DNA of 64,000 bases from Vicugna vicugna. Its lineage: Eukaryota. Where the stretch lies: assembly GCA_013265495.1 (NCBI GenBank), contig MU059052.1, positions 1,134,702-1,198,701 of the forward strand, given 5' to 3'. The first letter of the stretch is position 1; each line of letters starts with the position of its first letter. Shown piece after piece: positions 12,661 through 24,205 of the stretch. Below the pieces are notes generated by a model. That model was not told the DNA's origin. It ran no database searches and was given only the letters and a program-made list of their open reading frames with translations. The translations under genes were made by a program, and so were the position numbers.

Positions 12661-15375
12661 TACCTAGCATGCTGCTATTTTTTGCGGCAAGATTGGTTCA
12701 GTTTATATATTGGAATAAGATATGTTCCCAAAAGAATTCCAGGTTTTCATCCACCTGGACAAGTTGAAGAGCAACCAAGGAAAAAAGTCAGTGAGCTAGT
12801 ATANNNNNNNNNNNNNNNNNNNNNNNNNNNNNNNNNNNNNNNNNNNNNNNNNNNNNNNNNNNNNNNNNNNNNNNNNNNNNNNNNNNNNNNNNNNNNNNNN
12901 NNNNNNNNNNNNNNNNNNNNNNNNNNNNNNNNNNNNNNNNNNNNNNNNNNNNNNNNNNNNNNNNNNNNNNNNNNNCTAATCCGTCTCATAGAGAACCTGT
13001 GTGGGGTCAGCTCTCTGCTTTTGTTGGTCATCGAGCTTCTTTTTCCACACCAAAAGAGAAGTAAAAGCCATAAGTCACCTTGTAGGAACTCAGTTTTTAT
13101 CTTTAGTGTGCCTGCTGCTCCCTTTCATTAGGAAAATAGTCTTGTTTAATAGGTAGAGCCAGCAAGAATGACCTCAGTTAGACACACATCCTGCAAACCT
13201 CAAACCTCTTTGTCTTTGCAGCTGGGCTTCAAACGGTAATATGCTTTTGGGTTTTGCAATTACTGAGCTCCTGACATCCCACCGTGCTGGGATTACTTCC
13301 AGACAGTCCCAACAGCAGAGACCTGCACGTGTCTCTCTCTTGGAGGATGGAAGCCATTCTGCAGGGGTCATTTCCCTCATAGCTACTTGTAGGTTAAATC
13401 TGACAGTAAAATATTTAAATTATTTAAAACAGAATGTAAAAGGCTAAAAAGCAGCAGCAGTGTTTTGGAGTTTTCTGGACAGTAAGACTCTTAACTGCTT
13501 TTTCCCCCTAATATTAGTCACCGTCATTATGATCTTGGCATTTTAGCTTAAAATTACCAGCCGTTTGCCTGACTTGGACTTTCCCTGGTTTTAGGTAGAG
13601 AGCCTGTCCATTTTTGGAAGTGCCAGGGCTTTCCCAGTTTCTGCAGCTCACAGAGCAGCTGTGGGGAGGCTCTGTTGCAGGAGGTTTCCTCTCAGCCTCG
13701 TCTGTGTTTGGCCGTTGGACCTGGCAGAGGGCCTTGCTTGGGGGCCCAGACCCCTTGTCTTAATCCGTAAAATTGCATTCTAGTCTTTCTATGGTTCCTT
13801 CCTCCAGAACTCGTGGGTTCACAGTTGATCCTTGATCACATTGTGAAGAGGGGAAAATTCTCCCTTTCACTCTCTGTTTTCTAAAATCTTCTCTGCTTCC
13901 TTGTTCCTGAAACAAGGATCCTTGCTGGTTTCGAGGCTTCCGTGTTTCATCTGCCCCACTCACCATCCCTCAAAGCGCACTTTCTGGGGAGAGGCCAGTG
14001 CTGAACACCTGCCCAGGGACCCCCATACGTAGATCAGTAGGTTTCCAGTTCTCACCTCTTCAATCGTTCTTTGTCTTAATTCAGGTGCAGTCGATCGGGA
14101 TGGAGGCTGGGGACACCTGGAAGGTCAGGTCTCTGAAATTCTCTTCCCCACTAACACGACATAAAGCCATTTCCCAGACAAGTGACAGTGATTTGTCATT
14201 TAAAAAAAAATCAGTTCTAAACCAGACAGTTAATAATCTCTTCTGGTTTTAAAAAACTGCTAGAATCCTGAGAAGATAACTGAATATGCATAAATGTCAG
14301 TACATGTACATTTCTTTGAAAAGGTGTTTTGGATTTGATATGCTTTTTTTTTTTTTTCTGTCAAACATCCATTAGGTGTGGAGAGCAGGGACTTGCTCTG
14401 AGACAGATGCCCATCATCGCACTCTCTGTGTGTTTTCTGTGCTTTAAGAGCAGGATGCTTTTGTTTTTCTGAACTTGTCATACAGACTTGTTTCCCAGGC
14501 TTTATAAACAGGCCCATCTAATGCCTTTAAATGAGGCATTGCATGAAAGGAAATAAAAATATTGGTACAGCTTGATTTAGTAAGATCATTTTTCAATGAC
14601 CCTTTCAAATAGCTTCCTGCAAAAAGCTGCAAACAATAGATTGGCCATTCCCTCCAGCTGGAGGTCACCCTCTCTGTGAAAGGCCCAGAGGGCAGAGCCC
14701 TGGCTGACTCCAGCAGAGGCCCAAGCCTGCGGGCTGGAGGCTCAGGACCCCCACCTCGTGGCCACTGACTGTCCTACCCCCGCCCCCACCCCGACCTTGT
14801 TTGCCACATTGTCTAAGACAAAACACTGGCCAGACTTCCTGCCTGCTGCTGCTAGATATTGTCCCTGGAATTTCAGCTCTGAAGTCCCACTCTTATGCCA
14901 GCTTTCCTACAGGTGGAGCAGATGATCTCTAAGACCTCTTGGTGCTTTCCATGTGAGATAAAGCATATACATTTCACCAGCAAACCTGAGTCTAGAAACA
15001 TTGAACTTGATGTTTGCACATGGTGGCTAATCAGGGACTCTCCCAGCTGAACCCTGGTGGTGAGTGGCATTGGAATTGAAGTTAGCAACTTCCTGGGGAT
15101 TTTCAGAAGGAAATAGGAGGTAGATAATTGTCACAGAGAAGTATATGAATAACTTAAGGATGACAAGTGCTTGTGTTTGTAATTGGTGATGGTGTTTTCT
15201 GAACATACACACATGTGCAGACAGAAGCTCTAGCTTTGTTATTACATAGCTTTGAAGTGTTTTTCACTGTGATTTGGACTTCCTGATAATTTAGTTTGTG
15301 CAACAGTGGGGTGCTTATGCTTTGCCTAAATTGCATTACATACCGAGGGAGATAAAGTTATAAAAATACATTTTG

Positions 15376-15530
15376 GTAGGGAGGGTCTAGCTTAGTGGTA
15401 GAGTTCATGCTTCATATGCACAAGGTCTTGGGTTGAATCCTCAGTATCTCCCGTTAAATTAATAATAATAACCTTAGTAACAAATAAATAAACTTAGTTA
15501 TCCCCCCAAAAACAAAAAACTCCCCCAAAC
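15376..15530 (+). mobile_element. tRNA-derived SINE, camelid Vic-1-like
   Basis: 'gggagggtctagcttagtggtagagttcatgcttcatatgcacaaggtcttgggttgaatcctcagtatctcc' has A-box (TAGCTTAGTGG) and B-box (GGTTGAATCC) motifs, then (TAAA)-rich and C-rich segments and an A-tail. This is the main basis for the camelid call. Confidence 0.8.
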
Positions 15531-15599
15531 CAAAAGTATATATATTTGAATGGCACATATAAAATCCCAGAGTGTCAGAGCTGAGGGAGAGTTTTTAAG

Positions 15600-15690
15600 C
15601 CATTGAATCCAACTCTATCATCTGTCAGTTTACAGACAAGACACAGAGGTCAGAGGTGTAGAAGGGTCCTCCTCGCCCAGGGCCCACAGC
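15600..15690 (-). mobile_element. MIR fragment
   Basis: 'tttacagacaagacacagaggtcagagg...gcccagggcccacagcag'. Confidence 0.55.
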
Positions 15691-16894
15691 AGTTGTGTTG
15701 GGAGAAGCAAGACCAGCCCCGGTGGACTGGGCTCCATTCCACAGCTCGCTTCAGTATGGCTGCTGCCTGTCTCCCACGGTTTCATTTAACCTGGGCATCA
15801 GCTCTAGCAGACCTTGGGGACACTTCTATCTCTGCATATTCCAGGGGTGGGAGCAGATCCGGAGGGCTGGTCCATGGCCCAGGTGATGGAGAAGTTAAAT
15901 CCAGGCCTTCTCATCCTTGGAGCAAAACAGACATGGGCATGTCTGTCTCTACGGGCACCCCTGGGTCCAGCAGGGGAATCAGAGGCCGTGGGCTGGGGGC
16001 TGGAGGAGGAGGCAGTCAGAGGTTCAGGGCTTAGGATGCGGACACTGTCAGGGGAGCGTCTGAGAGGAGAGGAACTCGCAGTGGTGTGAGGGCTGCAGGG
16101 GATCGGGGCCTGTGAGGGAGGGCGGTGAGGAACGCGCTGGAGGGCAGGGAAGCAGAGGACCCCACCATCAGAGGCTCAGTGTCAGAATGAATTGCTTCAA
16201 GAATCTTAGCATAAAATATACTTCAAAATGCCCTTTTACAAAACAGCACTCCATTCATTTAAAAATATCAGAATGAGATTCTTCAGCTCCTTGGGGTTGT
16301 TTTTTCTCCAAAGCTTAGTCCTTCATATAGTCCGAGCTTAATCTGAATGCCCTCTTGTGTGGTCAGTTTCATGTATCTGTTAGATTTTTTTTTAAGTGGG
16401 TTGAGCCAGATCAGTGTCTAATCCTGATTAAACTCATTGTGTTCCTGTTCCTGGCTCAGCCCCTTCCAGCAGGAGGCAGCTTGCTACCTTCCTTGAAGGG
16501 TGATTAAGCAGAAACAGGGGCCCCTGTGGAGCCCAGGCTCCCCAACCACCCTGGGTCGCTGTGTGGAGTCTGACTCAGGCCCGCAGGGGCTGCCACAGCC
16601 CACCGCTCACCAGCTCTGCTTTGCAAACTGTACACTTGGGCCCTGCCCCCGTCTGGAAAGGGCACGGCTGGGGTACCCCCAAGAGCACCTCAGCTGCCAG
16701 AAGATGGAGCATCTGGTGAATTATGGGCCGGGCAATAGGGTTCTTTAAAAAAAAAAGGGAAGTAGTTGCATTTTCTCCTATTCTTTCAAAACCGTCACAA
16801 GATACCATATATATTTAAGATCTCCCACTACCTTTCTCTTACTATGAAAAGCTTTTATTTGAAGGGAGCAAAAAGTAGAGTCCCAAAATAGGAC

Positions 16895-17107
16895 TTCTTC
16901 TTCTTTTTTTATTTTCAGGTCTTCTATTAGAGGTTTCCTTTTCTCTTTTTTAGTGAAGTATAGTTGATATACAATGTTGTGTCAGCTTCTGGTGCACAGC
17001 ATAGTGATTCAGTTATGCATAGATATATATTCTTTTTCATTATAGGTTATTACAAGATAACGAGCATAGTTCCCTGTGCTGTACAGTAGGACCTTGTTGT
17101 TTATCTA
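16895..17107 (-). mobile_element. 5'-truncated cetartiodactyl-type L1 3' tail with TSD
   Basis: 'gaagtatagttgatatacaatgttgtg...ataggttattacaagata...ttccctgtgctgtacagtaggaccttgttgtttatc'. The flanks share (CC)AAAATAGGAC at 16883-16894 and 17108-17120. Confidence 0.85.
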
Positions 17108-17149
17108 CCAAAAATAGGACCTTTTAATTCTCTTTAGCTTTATTAGCTA

Positions 17150-17830
17150 TCAAAGATAAGCAAATTAAACAATGAGGGATCATTTTAAATGTACAATTAC
17201 ATTGGCAAAGGTTTCTAAACAATGATATATGATGTTGAAGTTGTGATAATAATACTGTGTCCCCATTCATTGGTGGGGAGGGTCAGGAGGGGGCACTGTC
17301 CTTTTGTAAGCTCTGGGCTGGCGTATTTCATTAGCCTTTGAGATGCCCCTACCCTCTGACCAAGGTGGATTCCTGGGGGTGTATCTTAGGGAAGAGATCC
17401 AAAACAATGTGAAAAAAACATTTTACAGCATGCTTTGTAATTATGAATCATTGCAGGCAGTGCACTGCTCAGTAGGAAGGGTGGGTTTCAACAGTCTATG
17501 GTAGGTCTGCCCCGTGGATTGGTGTGTGGCCATTCAAAATGATAATCATTAAGCCTTGTAGAAATTTGATATAACCGGTACAAGAAAGAGGGTAAGCAGT
17601 TGTACCTGCTAGAATTACAGCTATGTAAAAAACATACGTATTCATTCTTTGAACCAGTGTTTATTGAGTACTCGTGTCAGGCCTCGTGCTCGGCTGGGAA
17701 CCACACAGATCTGTGACCAAGATGTTTCTCTTTCCTACCCTCATGCAGCTCGTAGAATTGGTGAGGTAAACATTAGCAATTACATAAATGCTCATTTAAG
17801 TACAGTAGTCATAAGCACAGCCCAAGAAAA
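17150..17830. mobile_element. Degraded L1ME-like 3' ORF2 remnant (+, ~17150-17640) followed by an L2 3' end (-, ~17640-17830)
   Basis: 'gtggccattcaaaatga' and 'acattttacagcatgctttgtaat' (L1); 'ttcattctttgaaccagtgtttattgagtactcgtgtcaggcc' (L2 antisense tail). Confidence 0.5.
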
Positions 17831-19144
17831 CACCAAAACAAAGTCAGGTCATGGAGGTAGACCAGTGTTTCCATTCTTCACACCTTTCTTTCTAGCATCA
17901 TTTTCTTCCCTGGTAACTTCAGACATATTTAGGTCTCCTGGAATCTGAAATGCATTGCTACTTGTCCTACTTTCTTTCCTCTTTGCTGCTGTCCTATTTC
18001 TCTTCGTTCATGTACTCCTGGTTTTCTTGAATGTAAATTCTCACCCTCCACACCCAGCCTTCATCTCCTCTCAGCTCTCCTTAACCCTGAGGAGCCTAGC
18101 CCCTGTCCCAGTTAATCTAATAAATCACAGCTTACCTAGCCAACTTCTAACCCAAAGGTTTTTTGTTGAAAACATTTTTTGCTTTCTATTAAAAAGTATT
18201 ATGAAATAACTTAACATAGAACTTAACATTTTTATATGCAGTGATCATTTAGGGGCAATTTCTTTATACCTATTTCTGTTTTTATGATGCATACATAATG
18301 ATTTAATGTTAAAATTTTTTTTTAAATTTTGAAGCCATTCAAATATAATGCTGTGAATTTAGGAGCGGGAAATGGAAAGAAATCGTTCCTAGAGCTTGTC
18401 TTATTTGAGGAGAGCTGCACTGCGTGGGGAGTCTGCATCAACTGCTGTCTGCTCCCTGTGATGGTTGTCCCTGGGGACACTCCCCTGATGGTTCCATTAC
18501 TTTGTCTTCATACTCTAAAAGCTTCATTACTTCTTAGTCTCCTAATTGATTCTGGGTTTATAGAAGAAAAGAAGAGAAATCTTATCATAAGCCATATAGA
18601 TCGCAAACTCAGGCAGAGGCCAAAGCAAGGCCGACGGCAAGGGCAGAAAGATCGTATCATTCAGGCTTCAAAGTCAAGGGGACATTGAAAAATCTCCCCT
18701 CGCCGTATTTTGCTAAGAATCACTGTATCATCAACTAGTGAGTTTTCTGGCCTCTTCTGGTGGCTCATAAGTGATAGGCTGGTTTTGTGAACTTGGCTGG
18801 CCCATGATTTAAGCATAAAATGTGTTTATGTTGATACTTTTCTTGTGCTGACTCTCGCCTTGGGACCCCCCTCTTCCCTCTTCGAGAGGGCATCTGGAGG
18901 TTCCAGTTCTTAGTCATGCCCGGGTAGCTTCTATCAGGATAACCTTCCCACAAATAACAATTATAAATTCTGGGTGAAGTGCAAACAACTATTTGAAGGT
19001 GCCTAAGAGCAACCCAAAACTGGAGAGACGTCAACCCTCAAAAGAAGGAAGCACACTGGGTGAGTTCTGCGTCCACATGGCCTTTACCTGATGGCATTCC
19101 GCGGTCCGTGTGGGCAGCTAGGGCTCAGGCAGGTGTAGAGGATA

Positions 19145-21250
19145 TCATGAGTCTTTTCTCTCTGTTTTCTTGGTAAGTCTAGCTAAAGTTTCTCATTGTT
19201 GTTGTTGTTGTTGTTGTTGAGCTTTTCAAAGAACTTTTGGCTTCATTTATTTCCTCGACTGTTTTCTATTCTCTATTTCATTCATTTCTGCTCATATTTT
19301 TATTATTTCTGTCCTCCTTGGTTTTGGGACTTTAGATCTCCTTGCTTTTTCCAGGGTCTTAAACTGGAAGTTTAGGTTACTGCTTTGACATCTGTTTACT
19401 TTACTAATATAAGTATATAAATTTCCCTCTAAACACTGCTTTCGATGACTCCTGTAAGTGTTGGTATGTTGCGTCTTCACTTTCTTTCATCTCAAAGTGT
19501 TTTTAGATTTCCCTTGTGATTCCTTCTTTGACCCATTGGTTATTTGAAAGTGTGTTGTTTAATTTCCACTTATTGTGAATTTCTCCCCAATTTTTCTGTT
19601 ATTGATTTCTAATTTCACTCCATTCTGTTGTCATCAGAGAATATATTTATCATGAATTCAGTCCTTTTAAATATACTGAGGTTGGTTTAAGGCCTAACAT
19701 ATGGTCTATTCTGGAGAATGTTCCATGTGACTTGAGAAGAATCTGTACTCTGCTGTTGCTGGGCTCAGTGTTTAATAAATGTCTGTACGTCTATTTGGTT
19801 TATATTATTGTTTAAGTCTTTCATTTACTGTTAATCAATTTTGTTCTATCCATTATTGAAAATGGGGTACTGAATTCTCCAACTATTGTTGAATTATCTG
19901 TTCCTTCCTTCACTTCTGGCAATTTTTGTATTATGTACTTGGGGGCTCTGTTGTTAGCTGTATATATATTATACTGGTTATGTCTTTCTGATTAAGTGAT
20001 TCTTTTATTATTATAAAATGTCTCTCATCATCTCTAATAAGTTTTTGTTTTAAAGACTATTTTTCTGATATTAGTATAGCCATTCCAACTTCCTTATGAT
20101 TGCTGTTTGCATGACATAACCTTTTCAATCTTTTACTTTTTACATGTATTTTTGAAACTTAACTGCATCTCCTATGCACAGCTTATAGTTGGATATTGTT
20201 TTTTTACCCAGGTTGACAGTCTCTGCCTTTTGACTGGGTTGTTTAATCTATTCACATTTAATGTTATTATTAATATGGTGGAGTTTATATCTGCCATTTT
20301 ACTTTCTGTTTTGTTTACTGTATCTTATGTCTGTTTTGTTCCTTTTTTTCTTTCACTGCTCTCTTGCATTAAGTGAATATTTTCTAATGTATCATTTTAA
20401 TTTCCTGAATGATTTTTTCACTATGCTTTTTGAGTTATAGTATCAGTGGTTGCTCTAGTTTATCATGTACATCTTAATTTATCAGATTTATACTAACTTA
20501 ATTCCAATGAGATGGAGAAACATTACTCTTATGTAGCTCTATTCCCTCTTCCCCCTTTTTGTGTTATTGTTACACATACTACATCTAACTATGCTGCAGA
20601 TCCAAGTATATATTCTTATGATCATTATTTTATGTACTTTTATGTCTTTTAAAGATGAGAGAAGAAAGGAAAACAAGTACATATTTATAGAGTTAGCTGC
20701 ATTAACCTTCTTATTTACCATTTCTGATTTTCATGTGTTCCTGTGGATTATTCAACTTACTATTTAGCATCATTTTCTTATTTCAGCTCATCTTTACTCC
20801 TACCCAGCTCCTTTGTGCTAGCCAAATATATAACATTTCTCTGTTATAGGCTCCACAATACAACTATGTATGCATGTATTCTTATTCATATAATATAAAT
20901 AAATGAGAAAATTTCATTTTTACTGTTCTTTATAATTACATAATTACCTTTACTGGTTCTCTTCATTTTTTCCTGAGGATTTCTTGAGGATTCTAGTTGG
21001 TCTGAGGTCACTTGGCTTTCAGCCTGAAGAACTTTCTTTGTATTTCTTATAAGGGAGGTCTGTTAGGAACAAATTCTCTTAGGTTTTGTTTTTGTTTTTG
21101 TTCTTGTTTTTGTCTAAGAATGTATTTCATCTTCATTTTGGAAACAAAGTTTTTCTGGATGTAAGATTCTTCATTGATAGCACTTTGAATATGTCAGTCC
21201 ACTACCTTTTGTACTTCTTTGTTTCTGATCAAAATTCAGTTGTTAATCTT
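19145..21250 (-). mobile_element. Old L1 (L1M4/MC-MD-type): ORF2 endonuclease region plus upstream inter-ORF/ORF1 end, with an expanded (TTG)n at ~19196-19218
   Basis: Antisense L1 hallmarks: 'gtctagctaaagttt...cttttcaaagaac', 'aatttccctctaaacactgctt', 'ggcctaacatatggtctattctggagaatgttccatgtgacttgagaagaat', 'aacaaattctcttaggttttg'. No intact frame. Confidence 0.85.
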
Positions 21251-23255
21251 ATTAGGAACAAGTGAATTTTGAAAGCTGGCTATATTTCTGGGCACCGTGC
21301 ATGCTGAAGGGATATTTTATTTTGGGGGTTTCTGAGAAATGGCTCATACTTACTCATTCCCAAAGCTAGTTCAACTTTAGTGAGTCTTGTTTGTTTGAGG
21401 AGACTTCTAAGGCATTATCTACATAAAATCCAATAAAACATTTCACTTGGTTTTGGCAAAGAGAAATGAAAAAGAAAGGGCATCATGATATTCTGGTCAG
21501 ACCAAAGACTTTATAATAAGGAATATCTGAGTTTGCTTCTCAAATTACAGGTTATGAAATCAACTGAGTAAATTACAACCAGCATTTGTTTCATTATATA
21601 TGTATGTGGATGGAGGCATGGATGGATAGATGGACAGATGGATAGAAGGATAGGTGGACACTTGCATACATACATGCATATATACATAGTTGGCAAGTAG
21701 ACAAATAGAATATACCAGATTGCCATATAAAAATTTATTTATTGCTATGAGTCATGGTCAAAAATGTTTGGAAACACCCTAGACCATTTCTTGGCTTGAA
21801 AGAAGGGAAGACGGCCTGCTCTGGGAATTTTTCCAGCACTGAAAGGGCTCTGCTTACCCTTGGGTGTATCCTAAGCACTTTCCCCTCCTGTCTTGTTAAT
21901 CTCTTAACTCTTTTTTGCTTTTCAAATAGTAAGAAAATGTGCCCAGCCCACTGCATTCCCCTCAAAATTGTTGCATGTAGCCACCACCTCATAGCAACCC
22001 TCACACAGCATGATGACAGGAGTTTTATGCAATTTCCTGTTTTATTTGGTCCACCCTCAAATGCTTCTCTTATCAGGAAATGCTAACAATGAGTTGGTAC
22101 TGAGAGAACTTTCAATTCCCTGTTTTAGAGAATTCTGAGACTTTTTGTGAATGATTCATTGATTCATTTCTTGAGAGCATGCCTTTGTATTCAGCAAAGT
22201 TCGGGCTAGCTTATAATTTTAAATGAAACAGAAGGACAGGCAGGTGAAACTATTTGGCTCAGTTGCTAAAAACATTTATGTGGGATGTTCTCAGCAGGTA
22301 AAATTATCCTGATTGAGTTGGTCATTAAGGCTTGCTTTGCCAGAATTAATTCAGTGGAGAGAGCTATTAAATGGTTAACTACCCACTTAGAGTGAGTAAT
22401 TCCTACAGCTGATAAAATATTTTTTATTAACCTGCGGGAGGCATTGAAATGGTGAGTGTGGGCCATAACAAGACTCCAGACTTCTGGGAGAGCATCCAGC
22501 CCACTTTTAGAGATTTAGATTTTTAGACACTTAGAGATCTATCTTTGTAGAAATTCAGAGCAGTACACAGACACCCCTTATGAGCATAATCCAGGTCCTC
22601 TTTCTAGATCCTAGACTTGGTTTCCCCACCAAACTCTGTGCTGCCACCCCTGTTTCTTCCCTTGCCCAAGCCTGTCCCCCCATCCCTTGCCCATGAAATG
22701 CAGGCTCATTTTCCCATGCAGAATTAATTAGGTTAGAAGAAGACAGCCAGGGAAAACAGAGCAGCTCCCCATATATGAGTTACTCTAAAATTACCTGCCT
22801 TCCTAGTTAGCTGTTAGTGGCTTCCTACAAAGTGGGCAGTCAAGAGATTTCAGTGGCTTTATAAAAATCACTGTTGGGTCACAGAGCATCTTCCTGATGT
22901 ATCCGGCTCCAGGGATCTGGAGGGATCAAAAGTGCCCAGAATTAAAACAAGACCCCCAGCATTTACCAGCCAGAGGCTGAGCCTGAAAGGGAAGGTGACA
23001 AGTTCTGGATTTTTGCCTGAATTCCCAACCTTTGCACCCGCTCCATGGTTGAGTGGGGATCAGGGGCACTGAAGCCTTTCTCAGCTTGATTGTAAAATTG
23101 TGAGACTGTAGTTTTGCACCATTGCTAGTCTTCTCCATCGGGCACGCTTTGTCCCCGCCATGTCTCCATCTGGCTGAAACCTCTAGTCAGAGAAGAAATG
23201 GCTGCGTATCGATTGTTCATTTTGTTTCTCCTCATCCAGACATCCTTGTTATGCA

Positions 23256-23928
23256 CTTAGTTTGCTTGGCTATATTTGTGAACAGGAGGGGAAGAGTGAC
23301 AAGTATTTTTAGGCTTCATTTCAGTGGCAGTGGCATTTTTGTATGTTGTTTTTGGTGCTTAGTTTATTTAGTAACTTCATTTAATCAGCTTTATGAGAAA
23401 GAATAAAGTGAACACACACGTGTGTGTGCACTCACATGTCTTCTGCATGGAAAAGGTTCAAGTCAATTAGTATTTACACTGTGGCTTTCTAGAAAAGTGA
23501 AATTTCTAGAAAATTTGAAAGCAGGGAGAAAAATTAAAACATATAAAATTACTGTTTGGTCTCCGTAATTTTGCTTCAGTCCTTCTTTTAGCTTAGTTTG
23601 CTTGGCTATATTTGTGAACAGGAGGGGAAGAGTGACAAGTATTTTTAGGCTTCATTTCAGTGGCAGTGGCATTTTTGTATGTTGTTTTTGGTGCTTAATG
23701 TATTTAGTAACTTCATTTAATCAGCTTTATGAGGAAGAATAAAGTGAGCACACGTGTGTGTGTGTGCACTCACATGTCTTCTGCATGGAAAAGGTTCAAG
23801 TCAATTAGTATTTACACTGTGGCTTTCTAGAAAAGTGAAATTTCTAGAAAATTTGAAAGCAGGGAGAAAAATTAAAACATATAAAATTACTGTTTGGTCT
23901 CCGTAATTTTGTTTCAATCCTTCTTTTA
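23256..23928. repeat. Head-to-tail tandem duplication, period 336 bp (23256-23590 and 23592-23928)
   Basis: Direct read-through alignment shows 6 substitutions plus a CA/GT-tract length change (~98% identity). A single G separates the copies. Confidence 0.97.
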
Positions 23929-24009
23929 TATGGTTACCAGAGTAACCCCTTCTAAAATGCAAGTTTGAGCCTATTAACTTCCCTCCTTGGAGTTGCTTCA
24001 GCTGGAAGC

Positions 24010-24205
24010 CAAGTGGTATAATGGGGTTATGGATGTGGATTTGGGTCCTGGCTCAGCCGTTTGCCCTATGGGTGATTTAACCCCTCCAACCCTACATTTC
24101 TCATTTCTTGAGCAAGGATGATGCCTCCCTCTAGAACCATACTGTGGGTCACACCGTGTAACATGTGTGAAGAGCCAGCCGTGGTGCTTGGCACGTGGTG
24201 AGGAT
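24010..24205 (+). mobile_element. Diverged MIR
   Basis: 'gtggtataatgg...atttgggtcctggctcagcc...aacatgtgtgaagag...gtgcttggcacgtggtgag'. Confidence 0.55.

Noticed and set aside
15376-15460. tRNA gene
   Set aside because: It has A and B boxes but no complete cloverleaf, and it is followed by a SINE body and tail. Called as a Vic-1-like SINE instead.
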